From the IMG/VR virus record IMGVR_UViG_3300033463_000015: 64,000 bases of DNA. One strand, written 5' to 3'. The notes under the pieces are model-generated. The model did no database searches and was not told the origin of the DNA. It was given only the letters and a program-made list of their open reading frames with translations. The DNA comes from a virus. Its lineage: Duplodnaviria > Caudoviricetes. Positions 47,356-61,800 of the stretch are shown one piece after another. The position numbers were made by a program, and so were the translations under genes. Within the stretch, counting starts at the first letter, position 1. Each line of letters opens with the position of its first letter.

Positions 47356-48101
47356 TGCCAATAAATATATATACTGTAAAAAATCATTTAGAATCAGAAC
47401 ATTGGGTTTTAGTCTCTGATACATATAAGAATTTAAATACAGAACTTGAAATGATTTGCCCACAAGGTCATCGTTAGCTACAAACTTATGCTAACTGGCG
47501 CAAGCATATGCTATGTGAATAGTGCTTTGCGGGCGACCCTTTCAAGGGCAAAAAAAATAAAGTGCCCGCCAAAGAAGCGAACACGCAAAGAATATTAGCA
47601 TTAGATGCTGCCACCAATATAACTGGCTATGCTATTTATGATAACAAAGTGTTAGTTAGTTATGGTACTTTTAAGACAAAAGCTGAAGATAACGCTACTA
47701 GCCGCATTAATGAAGTAAAACATTGGCTTTTAGCCGCTATTGATGAATGGGAGCCAGATTTTGTAGGAATAGAACATATATAGCTGCAAACTTATGGCGG
47801 CAATTCATCTTTCTAGGTTGAAACTTATCGTGTGCTTGCTAATTTACAAGGTGTAATAATGGATACATTATTTGAAAAATCCATTGATAGCGATTTAGTT
47901 TATCCTAGTGAATGGCGTAAGTACTGCGGTATAAGTAGCGGTGACGCGCATCGTGAAAACAAAAAGAAAGCTGCGCAAGAAAAAGTTATGGTGTGGTATG
48001 GGTAGAGCTGTACATAGGATGAAGCTGATGCTATATGTATTGGAAAATATTGGTGCGGCAAATTGAAAAATAATAAGTTACAATGGGGAGAAGATATATG
48101 A
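47355..48101 (+). CDS. Zn-ribbon + RuvC-like Holliday junction resolvase, TAG-recoded
   Basis: CPQGH...CE*C; ILALDAAT..TGYA, GIEHI, PSEWRK, DEADAICIG. Confidence 0.85.
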
Positions 48102-48481
48102 TTGAATTAACTGTTCAGGAAATGATTGATAGCATTCCTACTCTAAGAGATTTAGCAAGTAAGCAGCTAAAAAGCAAGGTAGCATTTAGAGTCGCAAGAT
48201 TGCTTCGTGAAGTACAAGCAGAAAGTGAGACTTTTGAAACCGCGCGAATTAATCTCGTAAAACTATACGCCGCGAAGGATGAAAATGGCGAGATTAAGAC
48301 TGACGAAAATGGTAATACTTATATTGAGCAGGATAAGATTGAAGAATTTAATAGTGAATTAAAGGATTTACTTGAAAACACTATTACTATTAATGGCGAT
48401 AAACTAAAGTTATATGATTTAGATGATATAATGTTTACACCACAGCAAATGGTTAGCTTTGGAGCCTTTATTGAGGAATAA
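48098..48481 (+). CDS. Hypothetical phage protein (DUF1617-like)
   Basis: LVKLYAAKDENGEIK...EEFNSELKDLL. Confidence 0.65.
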   Translation: MIELTVQEMIDSIPTLRDLASKQLKSKVAFRVARLLREVQAESETFETARINLVKLYAAKDENGEIKTDENGNTYIEQDKIEEFNSELKDLLENTITINGDKLKLYDLDDIMFTPQQMVSFGAFIEE

Positions 48482-48483
48482 AA

Positions 48484-48522
48484 ATAAGAGCCCCTCCCAG
48501 TAATGGGAGGGGCTTATTTTTT
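48484..48522. terminator. Bidirectional terminator between convergent operons
   Basis: AGCCCCTCCCA-GTAA-TGGGAGGGGCT with flanking A and T runs. Confidence 0.85.
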
Positions 48523-51500
48523 ATGTATAATAATATACATCACATACTGTTCTACCATCGGTGCCTTGTGCATATCCTGTTAATGTTAAATCTGTAATTT
48601 TACATCTATGTGTAGATATCGTTCCTCCGCCTCCAACCGTAATTGCAGCATTTAAAGTCCAATTAATTGTAGTTTCATTAACAAAAATATGTTTATCACT
48701 TGAGGCTATACTTATAGTTATTTCTTTACTCGCTCCATTTACACCCCAATTAATTGTAGATGAAGGCATACCAAATGTAATTGTATTTTGATTAGAAGCA
48801 TTAGTAAAACTCATTGAAAAACTAGTTAACTAAGAATAGCCCGCTGTAGAAGCTCTTACAGGGCCTTGCATATAAAAATGTAATACATATCTATAACCAG
48901 AAGAACTATTTCCTAAACCATTAGTCATATAAAAATTACCACTAGTATTAATAGAATCACTGTTTCCAGAGCTAGTAGCAGAAATAGGCGTATCATTACT
49001 AATATTAGCATTATAATTAGGAACAATTAAAATCCAGTCGCTACTATTTGCCATATGAGTTTCTATGGAAGCAATTGATTTACGCCATCCATTATTTGGA
49101 TCATCTGAAGAAACATTTGGATTCATAATAACAATATTTTCATGACTCCATATTGGTCTATCATTAATTTTAATATTATTACCAGATAATGAAAGACCAG
49201 CTTCATCCATAATAATACTTGCCGTACTATTATAAGTTCCGTTTTCAGTATTAGAAGTAGAATAATTTAATGATAATCCATTTTCATTTAAATTAAATTC
49301 TTCTTTTGCCCATTTATTAGTTGTAGTATCCTAATGTAACTCATTTAATGCAATGCTGCCGCCACTAAGAGCAATATTACCACCTGCTAAATTTATATTA
49401 CCACTACTTAAAGAAATACCAGCATTTGAAGCTAATGTAATACCAGCAGTTCCTAACGCTAAAACATTTTCATTATTAGAAGTGTTTAACGAAATAGTAG
49501 CTCCTCGTAATCCTATACCAGATGAATTTAGTACTACTGCTGCGTTTCCACTACTATTAGTTCCAGTATAATTAGGTTTAACGCTAGCGATTGTAATTCC
49601 ACTATTAGAACCAATTAATAATGGATAATTTGAATTATTACCAAGAATTAAACCATATGATGTACTATTCCATATTGGCCATCCATTTGCATCTTTATTT
49701 GTCCAAACAGTTGAATTTCGTCCAACAATACCATATGCCGACATTCCTTCATTCGCAGAAGCGGCACTCGCCGCTGTTTGACTTGCATCTGTAGCTGTAT
49801 TTATGGCGTATGTTGTCCCGTAATCAACTGTTACAGTTGAAAATTGTGGGTTGCCAGAAGAAAATTCAGTTTTTTCGCATTTAAAATAATAATATAAATT
49901 ACCATCATTTGGATAAGCTGGTATAACAATAGTCCAATGATTTGCCCCCTAATCAGTAGTTTCTATTGTTATATTATTATTTATTGTAGGAGCGGAAGGA
50001 ACAGCATTATTACTACCAGCCTTTTTTAAATAATATAACGGAGTAATTGAAACTACAGAAGTTCCTGCTTGTCCTGCTTCTCCTTGACTACCATTAGCCC
50101 CGTCTTTTCCTTTATAAGACACGGAATATGATTGAGAAGTTGAGCCACTACTATAGGTTGTAGTTGTTCTTGTCCATAACCAAGGTTTTGCATCAGTAGT
50201 CTACTAAACTGTAGTTTTCCAAGCACTACTATCAGTTGGATAATTAATTCCGGAAGTATGAATAGCATAGTGTATAACTGCGCTAATAGCATTAATCGCT
50301 GCAATATTATTATTAATAGTTCCAATTGTAGACGAATTAGCAATAATATTATTCAGCTAACTTGTTACTGTTTCATTATTAGCTAATATAAAACTAGTAG
50401 CAACAATATCACCAGTAAACGTTCCACCAGTAGCAGTAATTCGACCTTCAATTTTTAAATCACCAGTATCAGGATCAGCATAAAATACTTTTCTACCTTC
50501 ATAATTTCTTAAAGTTAATCCGTCCCAACTAATAGCAACACGATCTATTTGTTTAATTGCACTAATTTCACTTGATGTATGCTATCCAGGCTCGCTATAA
50601 AAATAATCACTAGCTGATACACGAATTAAAGCATTATCTTTATAACCAACTGGCGCGCCAACACCTGCCGTTAAGAATAATCCTTGACTATTATGAACAA
50701 CATACTAATTATAATCAATTCCATTTTGTACTATATGTGCATCCTAACCATCATTATTTATTTCAAAATGTTCTGAATAATCCTACATATCAAATACTGT
50801 TCGATAAGCAAACAATCCATCACTATTAAGCTAGAATCTTAATTCGTCGCCAGCATATACCTTGATTCTATTTGTATCTAACTGGCCACTAGTAATTAAA
50901 TTAGCATTAATACCAGAAGGAATAATACCAGTATTCCATTGCCAAGTACCATCAGCATTCTTCTATGTTGCAGTAAAAATACCACCGCCACTCATAGCAA
51001 CAACACCACTATCGCTTATGGCCCAAATACCTTCAGTCTCACTCCAAGTAAGTGTACCTTTCGAGAAAGCATCTTGTAAATTAACTTTCATAATACTCTT
51101 TTCTAATGAGCTAGCAATTAATTCACCTTGCGCATTAAATATTGCACCAGCATTAGCAATAGTAGTTGAATTTTTCTGCATCTATTCAGTTGATGCCACT
51201 ATTGTAGTAAATAAATCTTCAAATTTGGTTTTATAATTTTTAATTGTGACCTCGTCTTCTTGAGGCTTATCTAATTTTAAATGAAGCTCTGATACATAAC
51301 CCTGAACATTTTCAAATTTTAATTCTCTATCATTAATATGAGCTATATATCCCAAATAATTATAAGCTTCATCAATAAAATTTTTATTAACTGCATTGAC
51401 AGTCACAAAATATGATACTTTTGGCCGCGAATTTTCTTTACTAACCTATAAAGCATCTAAATAAATCATTGTATTTGCGTTTGATGTTATATACTAGATT

Positions 51501-54217
51501 TTTCCACTTCCATTATATCCATAACGCGCAAAAATCTCGGGTTTTAAAGTAATATAATAACTATTATCTCTAATTAGTAACTAGTAATCTTCATAATTTA
51601 CTAAATTATTATCATTATATTTAACTAAAATTTCATCATTATCTGTTCTTAAATTTAAACTATTAATTTGAATACGTGGATATAACATAGTTGTTGTATT
51701 AAAAACAATTATTGTTGCATCCCTAGCATCATTTTCATTAATATTATAATTACTATTAGATCTTAAAGTATAAGAGCACCAATCACTATTAGAAACTGAT
51801 TGAATAATACGATTTCCATTAGCTTCCTCAACAGTTGCGGTTAATGGATCAATAACTGCTAAACAGGTATCTGCGCCGCTCACTTCACCAACCATACTTT
51901 TTAATTGTATATTTGTAAGATTATCATTTATGGCACCTGTAACAATAATTACAGGAATAGCTGTATCATTTTCTCTAATAAAGCCATACTCACACTATGA
52001 ACCAATATGGTATATTTTTCTATATACATCGGTTCTATGATTAGCATCCAAATCAGTTACGTCATAAAAAATAATACTAAAATCATCTGGATGTGCTTGT
52101 ACAAAATCTAAAATTTGACCAGTAATTTTAATGCAAGGATAATAAATATTTGGCCCATCATCTATTGTAAATGATTTAGTATAACTTAATGCTTCACCAT
52201 CAAATGGCTCCTAATCATAAATAAATTTTGTTTCTACCGCAGTATCATTATTTTCATCTAAATAATTTTCTTTAGTATTATTATTGTTAGTATCAATATA
52301 AGCTATAACATTCTAGCAACTATAATTATTTAAATGTTTATCACCATAATCATTATAACTTTCCGGCTGCCAATAACCTTCACGCAAAGCCGCACCCATA
52401 ATACGCTCAAATCTAGATAAAGTTAATGATTTTTCTGTTAATAAGGCTTCTTCTTGAGCATAAAGACCAATAGTCTCCTACTCTTCATTGCCATTAAGTA
52501 ATGAACGAATTTCTGCTAATCTATCTTTTACTTCTTCTAATTGCCTATTATCTTCATTCATCCTTTGACGCCATATCTATTTAACTCGCTCATAATATAA
52601 ATGCGGCTCATAATCATATGTCATATATACACGAGCAGATTCATTTAAATTTGGATTAAATCCTACAAAATTATAAATTTCAGTTAAATTCTAAAATTCA
52701 TCATATTTTGGAGAAACAGTATACTATGTTGAAAGAATATGGGTTGAATTATTATATTCCTTATAAACTTTTAAAGTAGAAAAAATAATTCCTAATTCCG
52801 TAATTGTAATATAAGTTTTGATACTACCGTCTGATTCTTTAGAGGTAATAATAGTATGAATCTTAGGATTATCGGCTGTAACGTGTAAAATACCAGTATT
52901 ATCGGTTAAAGCATTTAATAAATCATCCGCCGCTCCAATGCGTTCCTAATCTAAATTAATAGAACGCTATAGAGTAGTTTCCTTTGCTTCTAGTTCTGGT
53001 AATTCATCTTCTAAAGCTATAATCTAATTTTGAATTGGAATTAACGCCATATTAATATTATATATATCTGTTTCAAACTATCTTGCGGCCACGTACTATT
53101 CTTGAGTAATAGCGCCAACCTACCACAAATAATCAAAATTTAATATATAATCTTCTCTTGTTTTATTAGCAGAAGAATTAACAATAGTAATAGGTTCTCC
53201 ATTATCATCATTACTATCACTCTAAATATATAATTTAGTTACTAAATCAGTACTATCACTTTCACGACTTATTGTACTAGCATTATAAGGATAAGTAATA
53301 TCAATCGCGCCTTCTTCTTCCATTATAAAGTTATTGTAATAGATAACCTTGCGGCCGCAAATATGAAAATTATCGTCGTGTTCATATTCATAGCGGCAAA
53401 AGACCCCAAATTCTTTCGCCAAATCCTATGTTAAATTATACACATTACTTTCTGTCAAATCAACAGTGCGTTCCTTTTCCTACGCATCTTCATATGCCAT
53501 TGCTGTCACAAGATTACTTGCCTAATCATAACTCCAAGATGATACATAATTATCTTCATATACTTTATGAATATCGAATTGTTTACCTGGATTATTGGCA
53601 TAATTCATATTAATTTCGTAAGTCCAATTCCATTTCCAATTCCCATTAGACAACTTAAATACTTTATCATTCCAATACTATAAAGTACCACGAGGTTCTT
53701 CAAGAGGATATAATTTACCATCTTCTCCGCGTATACCTACAGGTTCATTATCAGCATATTCTACAGTTCCTTTAAACCACTAATAATTTTCTTCAATTAA
53801 GTCATCAGCTTCAAGCGCGATTTTATAACCAATTTTCCCAAGTTCGTGGAAAGCCAAACCCTCACAAGTAACTTCACACATTAACTAATCGTTTTCGTGC
53901 TTTTCAGTCAATTTAGTAATAAGAAATTCATATACTTTCGGCCTTATATCTTTCTTAAAAATAATTTTGGCTTTTCTCATATTGGCGATAATAACACCAT
54001 TTATAATATTAGCCCATAATGGATTTTGTAAAATAGTATCATTTAATGAATAATACATAGGCAATTTAAATGTAAATTCTAAAGTACCATCATCTACTAT
54101 TTTTAAATCGGGATCTTGTATTTGCCCCTTTAGCTCTATACCATAGGGCTTCAGGACAGTTATGAAACTGTCCTGAAGCGTCCATATAGAGACTTCATAA
54201 TCACGTACAATTCTCAT
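48521..54217 (-). CDS. Large tail/baseplate protein (Tal/central-fiber-like, ~1898 aa), TAG-recoded
   Basis: Eight ORF fragments share one frame and each internal stop checked is TAG; GINANLITSG*LDT spike-type motif; short collagen-like GKDGANGSQGEAGQAG; located after Dit and TMP. Confidence 0.8.
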
Positions 54218-54241
54218 TATTTAGTCTCCTCCTTTTACTCA

Positions 54242-55867
54242 TTATAAATACATATGTTTATACTGAATATCAAAATTATTTAATGCTGTAGGATAATCAG
54301 TAGAAATCGGAGTACACTCTTCTGTTGTAATTTTTCCTACATCATTATAACGATTTGTTTCATCTAAATATAAGTATTTATTATATATCATATCTCCAAC
54401 ATTTTCTTGATGAGTACCACTTGAAACTACGTCTAAATTATCATCATATTCATATATATTAAAAGTACCGGTGGCAATCCCTGTTTTAGAATCAAAAGTA
54501 AAAGTAGCAGGAGAAATTGTATTTCCAGATGGACCTACTAAAAATTTCTTCATCTATAAACTAAACGCTTGTTTAAAATTACCTTTAATATTTGAAGTAG
54601 TAGAATCTACTACACTAACATTATTTTGAGCTAAATATTCAAGAGTACCTAAAGCAAAAGCACGGCTGTAATATTCATTAACACCCTCAATTAATTTAAT
54701 ACGAATATCTACAATTGATTCACCAATTTCACAAGAACTAATAATACTTAAAGCCTAATTATATCCGGTATATATACTTGGAGTAGTAAACTAGAATTCC
54801 TATTTTCCAACTACAATTTTATTATAATTTGGCCAATTAACAGTTGTTCCTGTGCTTTTTTCGTATGCTTGTTTATATAATTTATTTAATGGATTACTAA
54901 TATAGTTACCATTTACAGTATCAATTTGAGGAGTAATTTCAAATGAAAGAGCGGTTGGCGCTGGCGCGTTTCCTGCGTAATATAAATAAGCGCTTGGAAG
55001 ATTATTATTAGAAGTAATAATTAAACTGCTACTAAATAATCTATCACCAACTTTAACAACAGTTCCACTATAATTGCCACCGCCAACCCTAGGATGTGTA
55101 CTAACATTATTTTTTATATTACCAGTAATTAGCTATGTTACATTATCAAACATCTCTTGCGCAGGAACACCATCTTCTAAAATAATTTTTAAATAGTCTT
55201 TATTAGCCATTAGTGAATTGGCGGCTGCATCGCCAGTTAAATTTATCCCCAATGTTTTAAACCAGTCTTCTGCGCCATCCTGCCCATAAGTTGGTAAAAC
55301 ATTATAAATAGAATACCAAAATGGGTCATCCATTATAAATTCTAAATTAATATCTCCACGATATACAGTTGTACTAACTTCATATATAATATTATTAAAT
55401 TTTTGCTAAACTCTTTTTTCAAAAGGCAACATATGATATTCAGGTGCTTTACTAACACGAGCAATAATACCTCTATTAGGATATTCTGCTAATATCAATT
55501 CTTTACCCGGGCCTGGTCTAAACCACGCTTTAAATTCCTATAGTTTCTACTCAGTTATTTCATCAGTAGATAACTATAAACTTAATGTATTATTATTAAA
55601 ATGACTGCCCCAATAAAATTGTCCATCTATAACATCATAAGTAGATGTTAAATCATTAAATTCACCATACAACTAGCGTTCCATCCTATCTCCATTTATA
55701 GTAGCAATAAGTGAAAAATCTTCAATATGTTTGCCGCCATAAGTAAAACTTATAAAAGAACGCTCACGATGGGGCAGACGTTTGTCTGCCCCATCGTGAG
55801 TTGCTAGGTAAACCTAAGTATGGGCTGGCTTATTAGACCACTCTTCGTGGCCGATTAAATTACTCAT
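54242..55867 (-). CDS. Distal tail protein (Dit-like, ~541 aa), TAG-recoded
   Basis: SFTYGGKHIEDF start region, DDPFWY, YAGNAPAP, FDIQYKHMYL end; fragments in frame; located between TMP and Tal. Confidence 0.75.
55763..55800 (-). repeat. Perfect 17-bp GC-rich hairpin inside the Dit-like CDS
   Basis: CTCACGATGGGGCAGAC-GTTT-GTCTGCCCCATCGTGAG. Confidence 0.85.
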
Positions 55868-55873
55868 ACTCCA

Positions 55874-58800
55874 TTACCTCCTTGCTTGTTGTGCGGTTGT
55901 TTTACGCGCAATGCGTACCATTTCTTCCATTACGGTGTCCGCCGCACGACGAGCATCGTAGTCATTGGAGATTGTCGCGTTCATATTAACAGTTGCGTTT
56001 TCAATATTAATGCCAGAACCAGTGCCAATACCACTATAGTCTTCAGAATTAACCATACCAGCCATCATATTCTAAAAGTCGATTAACATAGAAGTTAAAG
56101 AACCACTGTTACCGCCAAGTATTTTGTCGCGCCACATATGAGTTTCTTCAGCATTAAGGAAAGCTTCCGGATCTTGCGGAGTGCCGTGAACCATTGCAAG
56201 ACCAGTATAATCAGCAAGACCACCAGAAGAAAATGCTTTACTTTTTCTATAATCCTATTTTGAATATAATGTAGAAGTATTGTTAGCATTGGTGTCTGTA
56301 GTAGCATTAGTATTGGTAGTAATAATTGCATTGTTAGGCATATAATAACCAGTACCAACCAAAGTTCGACCCCCAACTACTCTTTTTTCACCAGTAGGAG
56401 TAACAAATACCAAACCATATCCCTGTGGCTAATTTGCTAATGCTATAGAAAGAAAATTAATTGATGTCCCAGCTTTTCTCTATAAAGTAATATCAGAAAA
56501 AGTGGTTGCCCCATTTTTTGCTTTTCTATGCAAAATAATTATACCAGTATTTCCATTACCATTACCATTACCATATGAAGAATTATCATCATTCATATTT
56601 TCATTATTGATATTATTATTTCTACGATCACCAAGCCGTGCTTTAAATACAGCATCCGCTGCGGCAGCAGCCTAAGTTTCATCACCAGTTTCATTATATC
56701 GTTCCTCATAAGCCTATTTGGCTTCTGCAATTACTTCTGCATCAGTTTCTTCATTTAAATTGAAGTTATTTTTAGCCGCAGGATAATATGTGTCCCAATT
56801 ATGTTCAGGTTCTGCCGCAACAACATCTTCAGTATCATCTCTACGACTAACCCATTGTTCAATTTCAGATCTAAGCGATCTTAAATCTTCAGCAATTTGA
56901 AGAGTTGACTTACCTTCTAAATCCTTAGAATTTGTAAGTAAAAACTACTCAATTTCTTCTGGTGTTTGTTGCATTACAACGTAAACATCATTCCATAATA
57001 ACCCGTGCTCTTTCTCATAAGCAAGCTGTTCTTCCATAATAGAGATTTCGTGATCTAAACGTTCTATTTCAGCATTAGAAGCCTCTTGAATAGCATCAAT
57101 CTATTCTTGCTATGCATTGAAATATTGGTCTTGTTCACGAGAAGCAATATCTTGCTATAGTGACCGAATTTGAGAAGCAGAGCCGCCAGACCGTTGAAGT
57201 ATTGCTAATTGTCTACGCATTCTATTAAGCTCATTATCACTCTAAGAATTTTCATATAACTGACGTTCTTTCTATAAGGAATTATTTAATCCATCTAAGA
57301 ACTTATCAGCAGATTCTTGAATAGCATCTTTTTCATTTTTAGCATTATCAATAATACGTTGACGCATATTTTCAATAGCACTTAAAATATGATTTTCTAA
57401 TGATACTTGATTATCAACAATCTTCTATAATACTTCATTACGTTTATTAGCATTTTCTAATAGTTCCTTATCCAAATCTTTACGTTCATCATAAAGTTCT
57501 TCAAATTCTTTCTAAGTACCGTCAAATTTATCACTTAAAGCTTTTACTGCATTAGCATAACCTTCATCCTTGGAAAGATCAATTTCTTTACCAGAAGAGT
57601 CATATTTCATATATTCTTCCCAACCAAAAGCTTTAGCCATTTCATATTGCTCTTCAGCAGTATATATTGGCGCACCAGTATCGGCATCTCGTTCATAAAT
57701 TTTAGAGAATGCTTCAAAACCAGTTCCAGTAAATTCATATTTAGTTCCTTGTCCAAATGTATAGGTCTAATCTTCTACTAATTGTAATAATCCATTTTCA
57801 TCAAAGGTAAATATAGTATTGAGTTTAGAATTTTTTAACTCTTCTTGCCTTCTCTCATAATATTCTGCCTATAAATATGCTAATTCGTGCTATCTAGTCA
57901 TTTCATCATCTAATAATTTTAATGACTCTTTTTGACTCTTATAATAAGCTTTACCATCAATAATACGATCAGATTCTAATTTCTTACGTAATGTTTCTTG
58001 ATGTGTAATATCTTTTTCCAAATCAGCAATTTGTCTTAATAAATTATACCATCTTTCAAGATCTCTTACAAAGCCGGCATCCTTATTCTTGCCACCTCCG
58101 CCTCCACCGCCAAGTTGAGCGAGGTCAGTTAAAGAAGAATTAAGTAATGATTGCCACATAGCCCGTAATTGCTTTAATGCTGCTAGTGCGGAAGAAGCGC
58201 TAGCCATAGCAGGACCAGAAGTATTACCTTTCGCAAATGAAACGGCATTGCGCTCATTTGTAATAGGCTTGCCGCGACTGCCAGAACCACTTCTTAACAA
58301 ACGTTCAGTTTGTAAATGATTAAATACTATAGCATCATCCGCTAAATCTACAAATTCAGCACCATTTTGGCCAACTAAATAATAACTACCATTTGAAACT
58401 ACCATTTCAGGACCCAATTCACCCATAAGAGTTGAAGTACCTTTTGCCAACGCACCGCCTATGGAGAAAGACTAGTTTCTGCCACTAACAACCGCTGCGC
58501 CCTTAGAGTCAGTATCAAATCGTACACTTACAGTTGCATGGAAATTATATGGTTTAGCTACTAATTGTTTTAAATTAGCAGATAACTTTTGAATACCAGA
58601 TGACGCGGCATCAGCATCAGAACCTATATTTTCAAATATATCTGGATTAAAATAATTATATTCACCCTCTATATTAATTCCTTCGAACGCTGCCTAAATG
58701 TCTTTTACTATTTCTTCCATACGTTCTATAGAAATTGATTGATCTGCTCCAACATTATTAGCATAATAAGTAATATAATCCATTAAATCAAAGCTATGTG

Positions 58801-61800
58801 CAGGTATCATTTTTTCCTATAACTATTCAAAATTAATCTAACCAGAAAAATAACTGCTAATTGCATCTGCTAAAGTTTCTGTGCTATCGCCACGAAGAGG
58901 TATCGTTAGTTCATATTCTAACCCGCTTAAAAGATTAACTTGTCTCTCTTCATAATATTGTTGATCTAGTTGAAATCCGCGACTATTTATGTCAAATAAA
59001 TCACTTAATTTAATCTACTATTCTTCAGGAGGAGTTTCAGCAGGCTCTTCAGCAGGAGCAGCCGGCTCTTCTGCGTCACCAACAGCGTCAGTAGCGTCAC
59101 CAACAGCGTCAGTAGCGTCACCAACAGCGTCAGTAGCAAATGCTATTACGCGCTATAATTGAGTTGAGGCATCATATATAGTAAAAAGACCTTCTCCTGG
59201 ATTTACATAAGAACCGGTAGTTTCCTAATATTGAAAACCAGCAGCTCTTAAGTCATCGACTGAATAAACACCGCCAACTTCTATTGTTGTATCTGACGGA
59301 GATGAATCATCACCAGCATTATCTTCAGCAGGCTCAAATGTAACAAAAATTGAATCCGGTGCATCGGCCACTTCTGCTAATGCACTTGTAGTAGCTTGTC
59401 TTGCACGAGCCTCTTCTGCAGCTTTTTGTACTGCAGCATCTATAGCACGCTATCTAGCCGCTTGTTCCGCTTCCACACGTGCTATAGCAGTTGCGTGTGC
59501 TTTAATATTTTGTTTAGGAGATTCAGGCGGTGTTTCAGAAGACCTCCCATGAGTTATCTCATATTCATCAGCAGGCGCATGCGCCCTGTGCGCTTCCGTG
59601 CTCGCTCCTTGTACTTCCGTACTCGTACCACTAATAAGTGATAACCGTGAAAGAATATCCGCATAATCAATATTAGAAATACCAGTTAAACTTTGTAATA
59701 TACTCTGTAAGGCGGCGGCTGCGCCTTCTAATCCTTCTGGATCAACATCAGATAATTCATTAATTATAGAGCTACTAGCATCAACGATACCGCGAGTAAT
59801 AGTATTTAATAAATCTGTATCTACTCCAAAGTTGCGACCAAGCATTTGTTCAAAAGCCCGCGCAGCTGCTTCATCACCTGTTGCATTAAAAGTATAAGCA
59901 AAATCACCTAAATCAACAGTATAACTTCCATTCTAATTATTATGCATATTAGCACGGAAATATTGTGCAATACCTTCACGCCCGCGGTTAAAAATATCAC
60001 GTAACGTATCCTATAATGCTTGATTATTTGCTATCTCATTACTATCAATAACACTACCATTACTACGAACGGTAAATTGTGGCGTAATAGAAAGCGGAAT
60101 ACCAAAAGTTTGATATATAAATTGATCTCGTGTTAATCGAACGTTTTCTGGAGTAGTTTTCTAATAATAATCCCATTCATGACTTAAAAATTCATCCTAA
60201 CTATCACACCATGCGCCATCGCTCGAACGATACTTAACCGCTAAAGTATTAGTATCTACCTAAACTGCAACGCTTGATTCCCCCATTGTAATTTGCATGG
60301 TGGCAATACCGTTCTCTAACGCATACTCATTCTATCCACGACTTAAATTAACCTACTCAAGAGCAAAATCAACCATTGCCGCTGTAAAATCAGTAGAATT
60401 ATTTCTTCTTATCCAACGCCCATTTACCTAAACTGCATCAATTTGACCATCAGCATTTAATTGTATTTTATTTTCCAAGGCGTAAACATATTTTAAATCT
60501 CCAACATCAATAGGCCCTTGAGTTTCAACTAACTACTATAATTCTTGCTAAGCCTATTGAGGGTCTGTTATTCCTTTATCTCGCGCAAAAGCATCAACAA
60601 TTGCCTAAGTGCTATCAGTACTCCAATCAATGGTGGCAATTGAATTAGCCCCAATTCTATAAGTAATATCACCAATCGTGAGTGAAATTATTCCTCCGTT
60701 CGGTACGGAATCCTATAAAATCTCTCTCATACTTTCATAAATATGATCTAAATCATAATCTCCAGAAATTGCGGCCCTATATAAAGCTTCTAACATTGCT
60801 GCATACGCGGCTTGTTCGCCTTCACTTAAGCTTTCTCGTAACGTTGCTTCATCCATCCCAAATATTCGAGCTAAAGTAAATCTTCCTATTTGAGTGCTAT
60901 TGGCTATTCTAGCTAAGTCTTGATTATATTCTTCACTACCTTCAGTAATCATATTAATAATATTCTGTCTCATTGTTTCATAAGTTTCAGCAAAATGATC
61001 ATAATCACGACGGTTATTATCATCTAAAGCAAATAAATCACTAAAATCAATACCATTGCCTTCAACGTCAATATCTCCAAGTTCTTCCATAGCAACAATT
61101 AATTCCATCATACTAATTAGACCATCAAGCATTCTTATCTATGCTTCAGCAACAGCCTAAATACCGCTATTTATTCCATCGCTCATTAAATCAGCGCCAG
61201 ATGAAATACCAATACCAACATTCATTAAATTAACTTTTAATTCACCAGTACTAACAGTTTCAAGTGCATTACAACCAGCTTCAATTGCGGCCGCAGCACT
61301 CTCTAAACTACCATCAAAACGTAAAGCACCAACCTAAATTGGACCACTTAACGCGGCTAAATTATTAATTTCATTAGCAATATTATACCAACTTTCATAA
61401 TCAATAAAGCCAACATCTTTATTACTCTTAGAGGATTTAAAAGCATCTCTAACTAATGTGAATGCTGACATCCAATCTCTAGCATAATTTAATGGATTAT
61501 TTTGAGCACCCGGAATATTACCTGACATAAAGTTAAATGAATCATCTTCAGATGTAGAACGCACTGCTAAAATTTCTCTAGCCAATTCCAACTCTTCTCT
61601 ATATTGCTGTATACGAGCATCAGTAGTTGTATTATTTGAACTATTAATTTCATTAGACAAATACTATATTCTAGCAAGTATATCTGTAGATGTTCTATAA
61701 TGCTCATTACTTTCTTGTAATGATTCATTCAACTAATTAAATACAATCTACGATGCAACAGCATCAATATCTCTTAACTCATTATATAACTAAATCGCCG

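Noticed and set aside
48521-50300. Diversity-generating retroelement target in the tail-fiber C-terminus
   Set aside because: No reverse transcriptase or TR/VR repeat pair seen in this window
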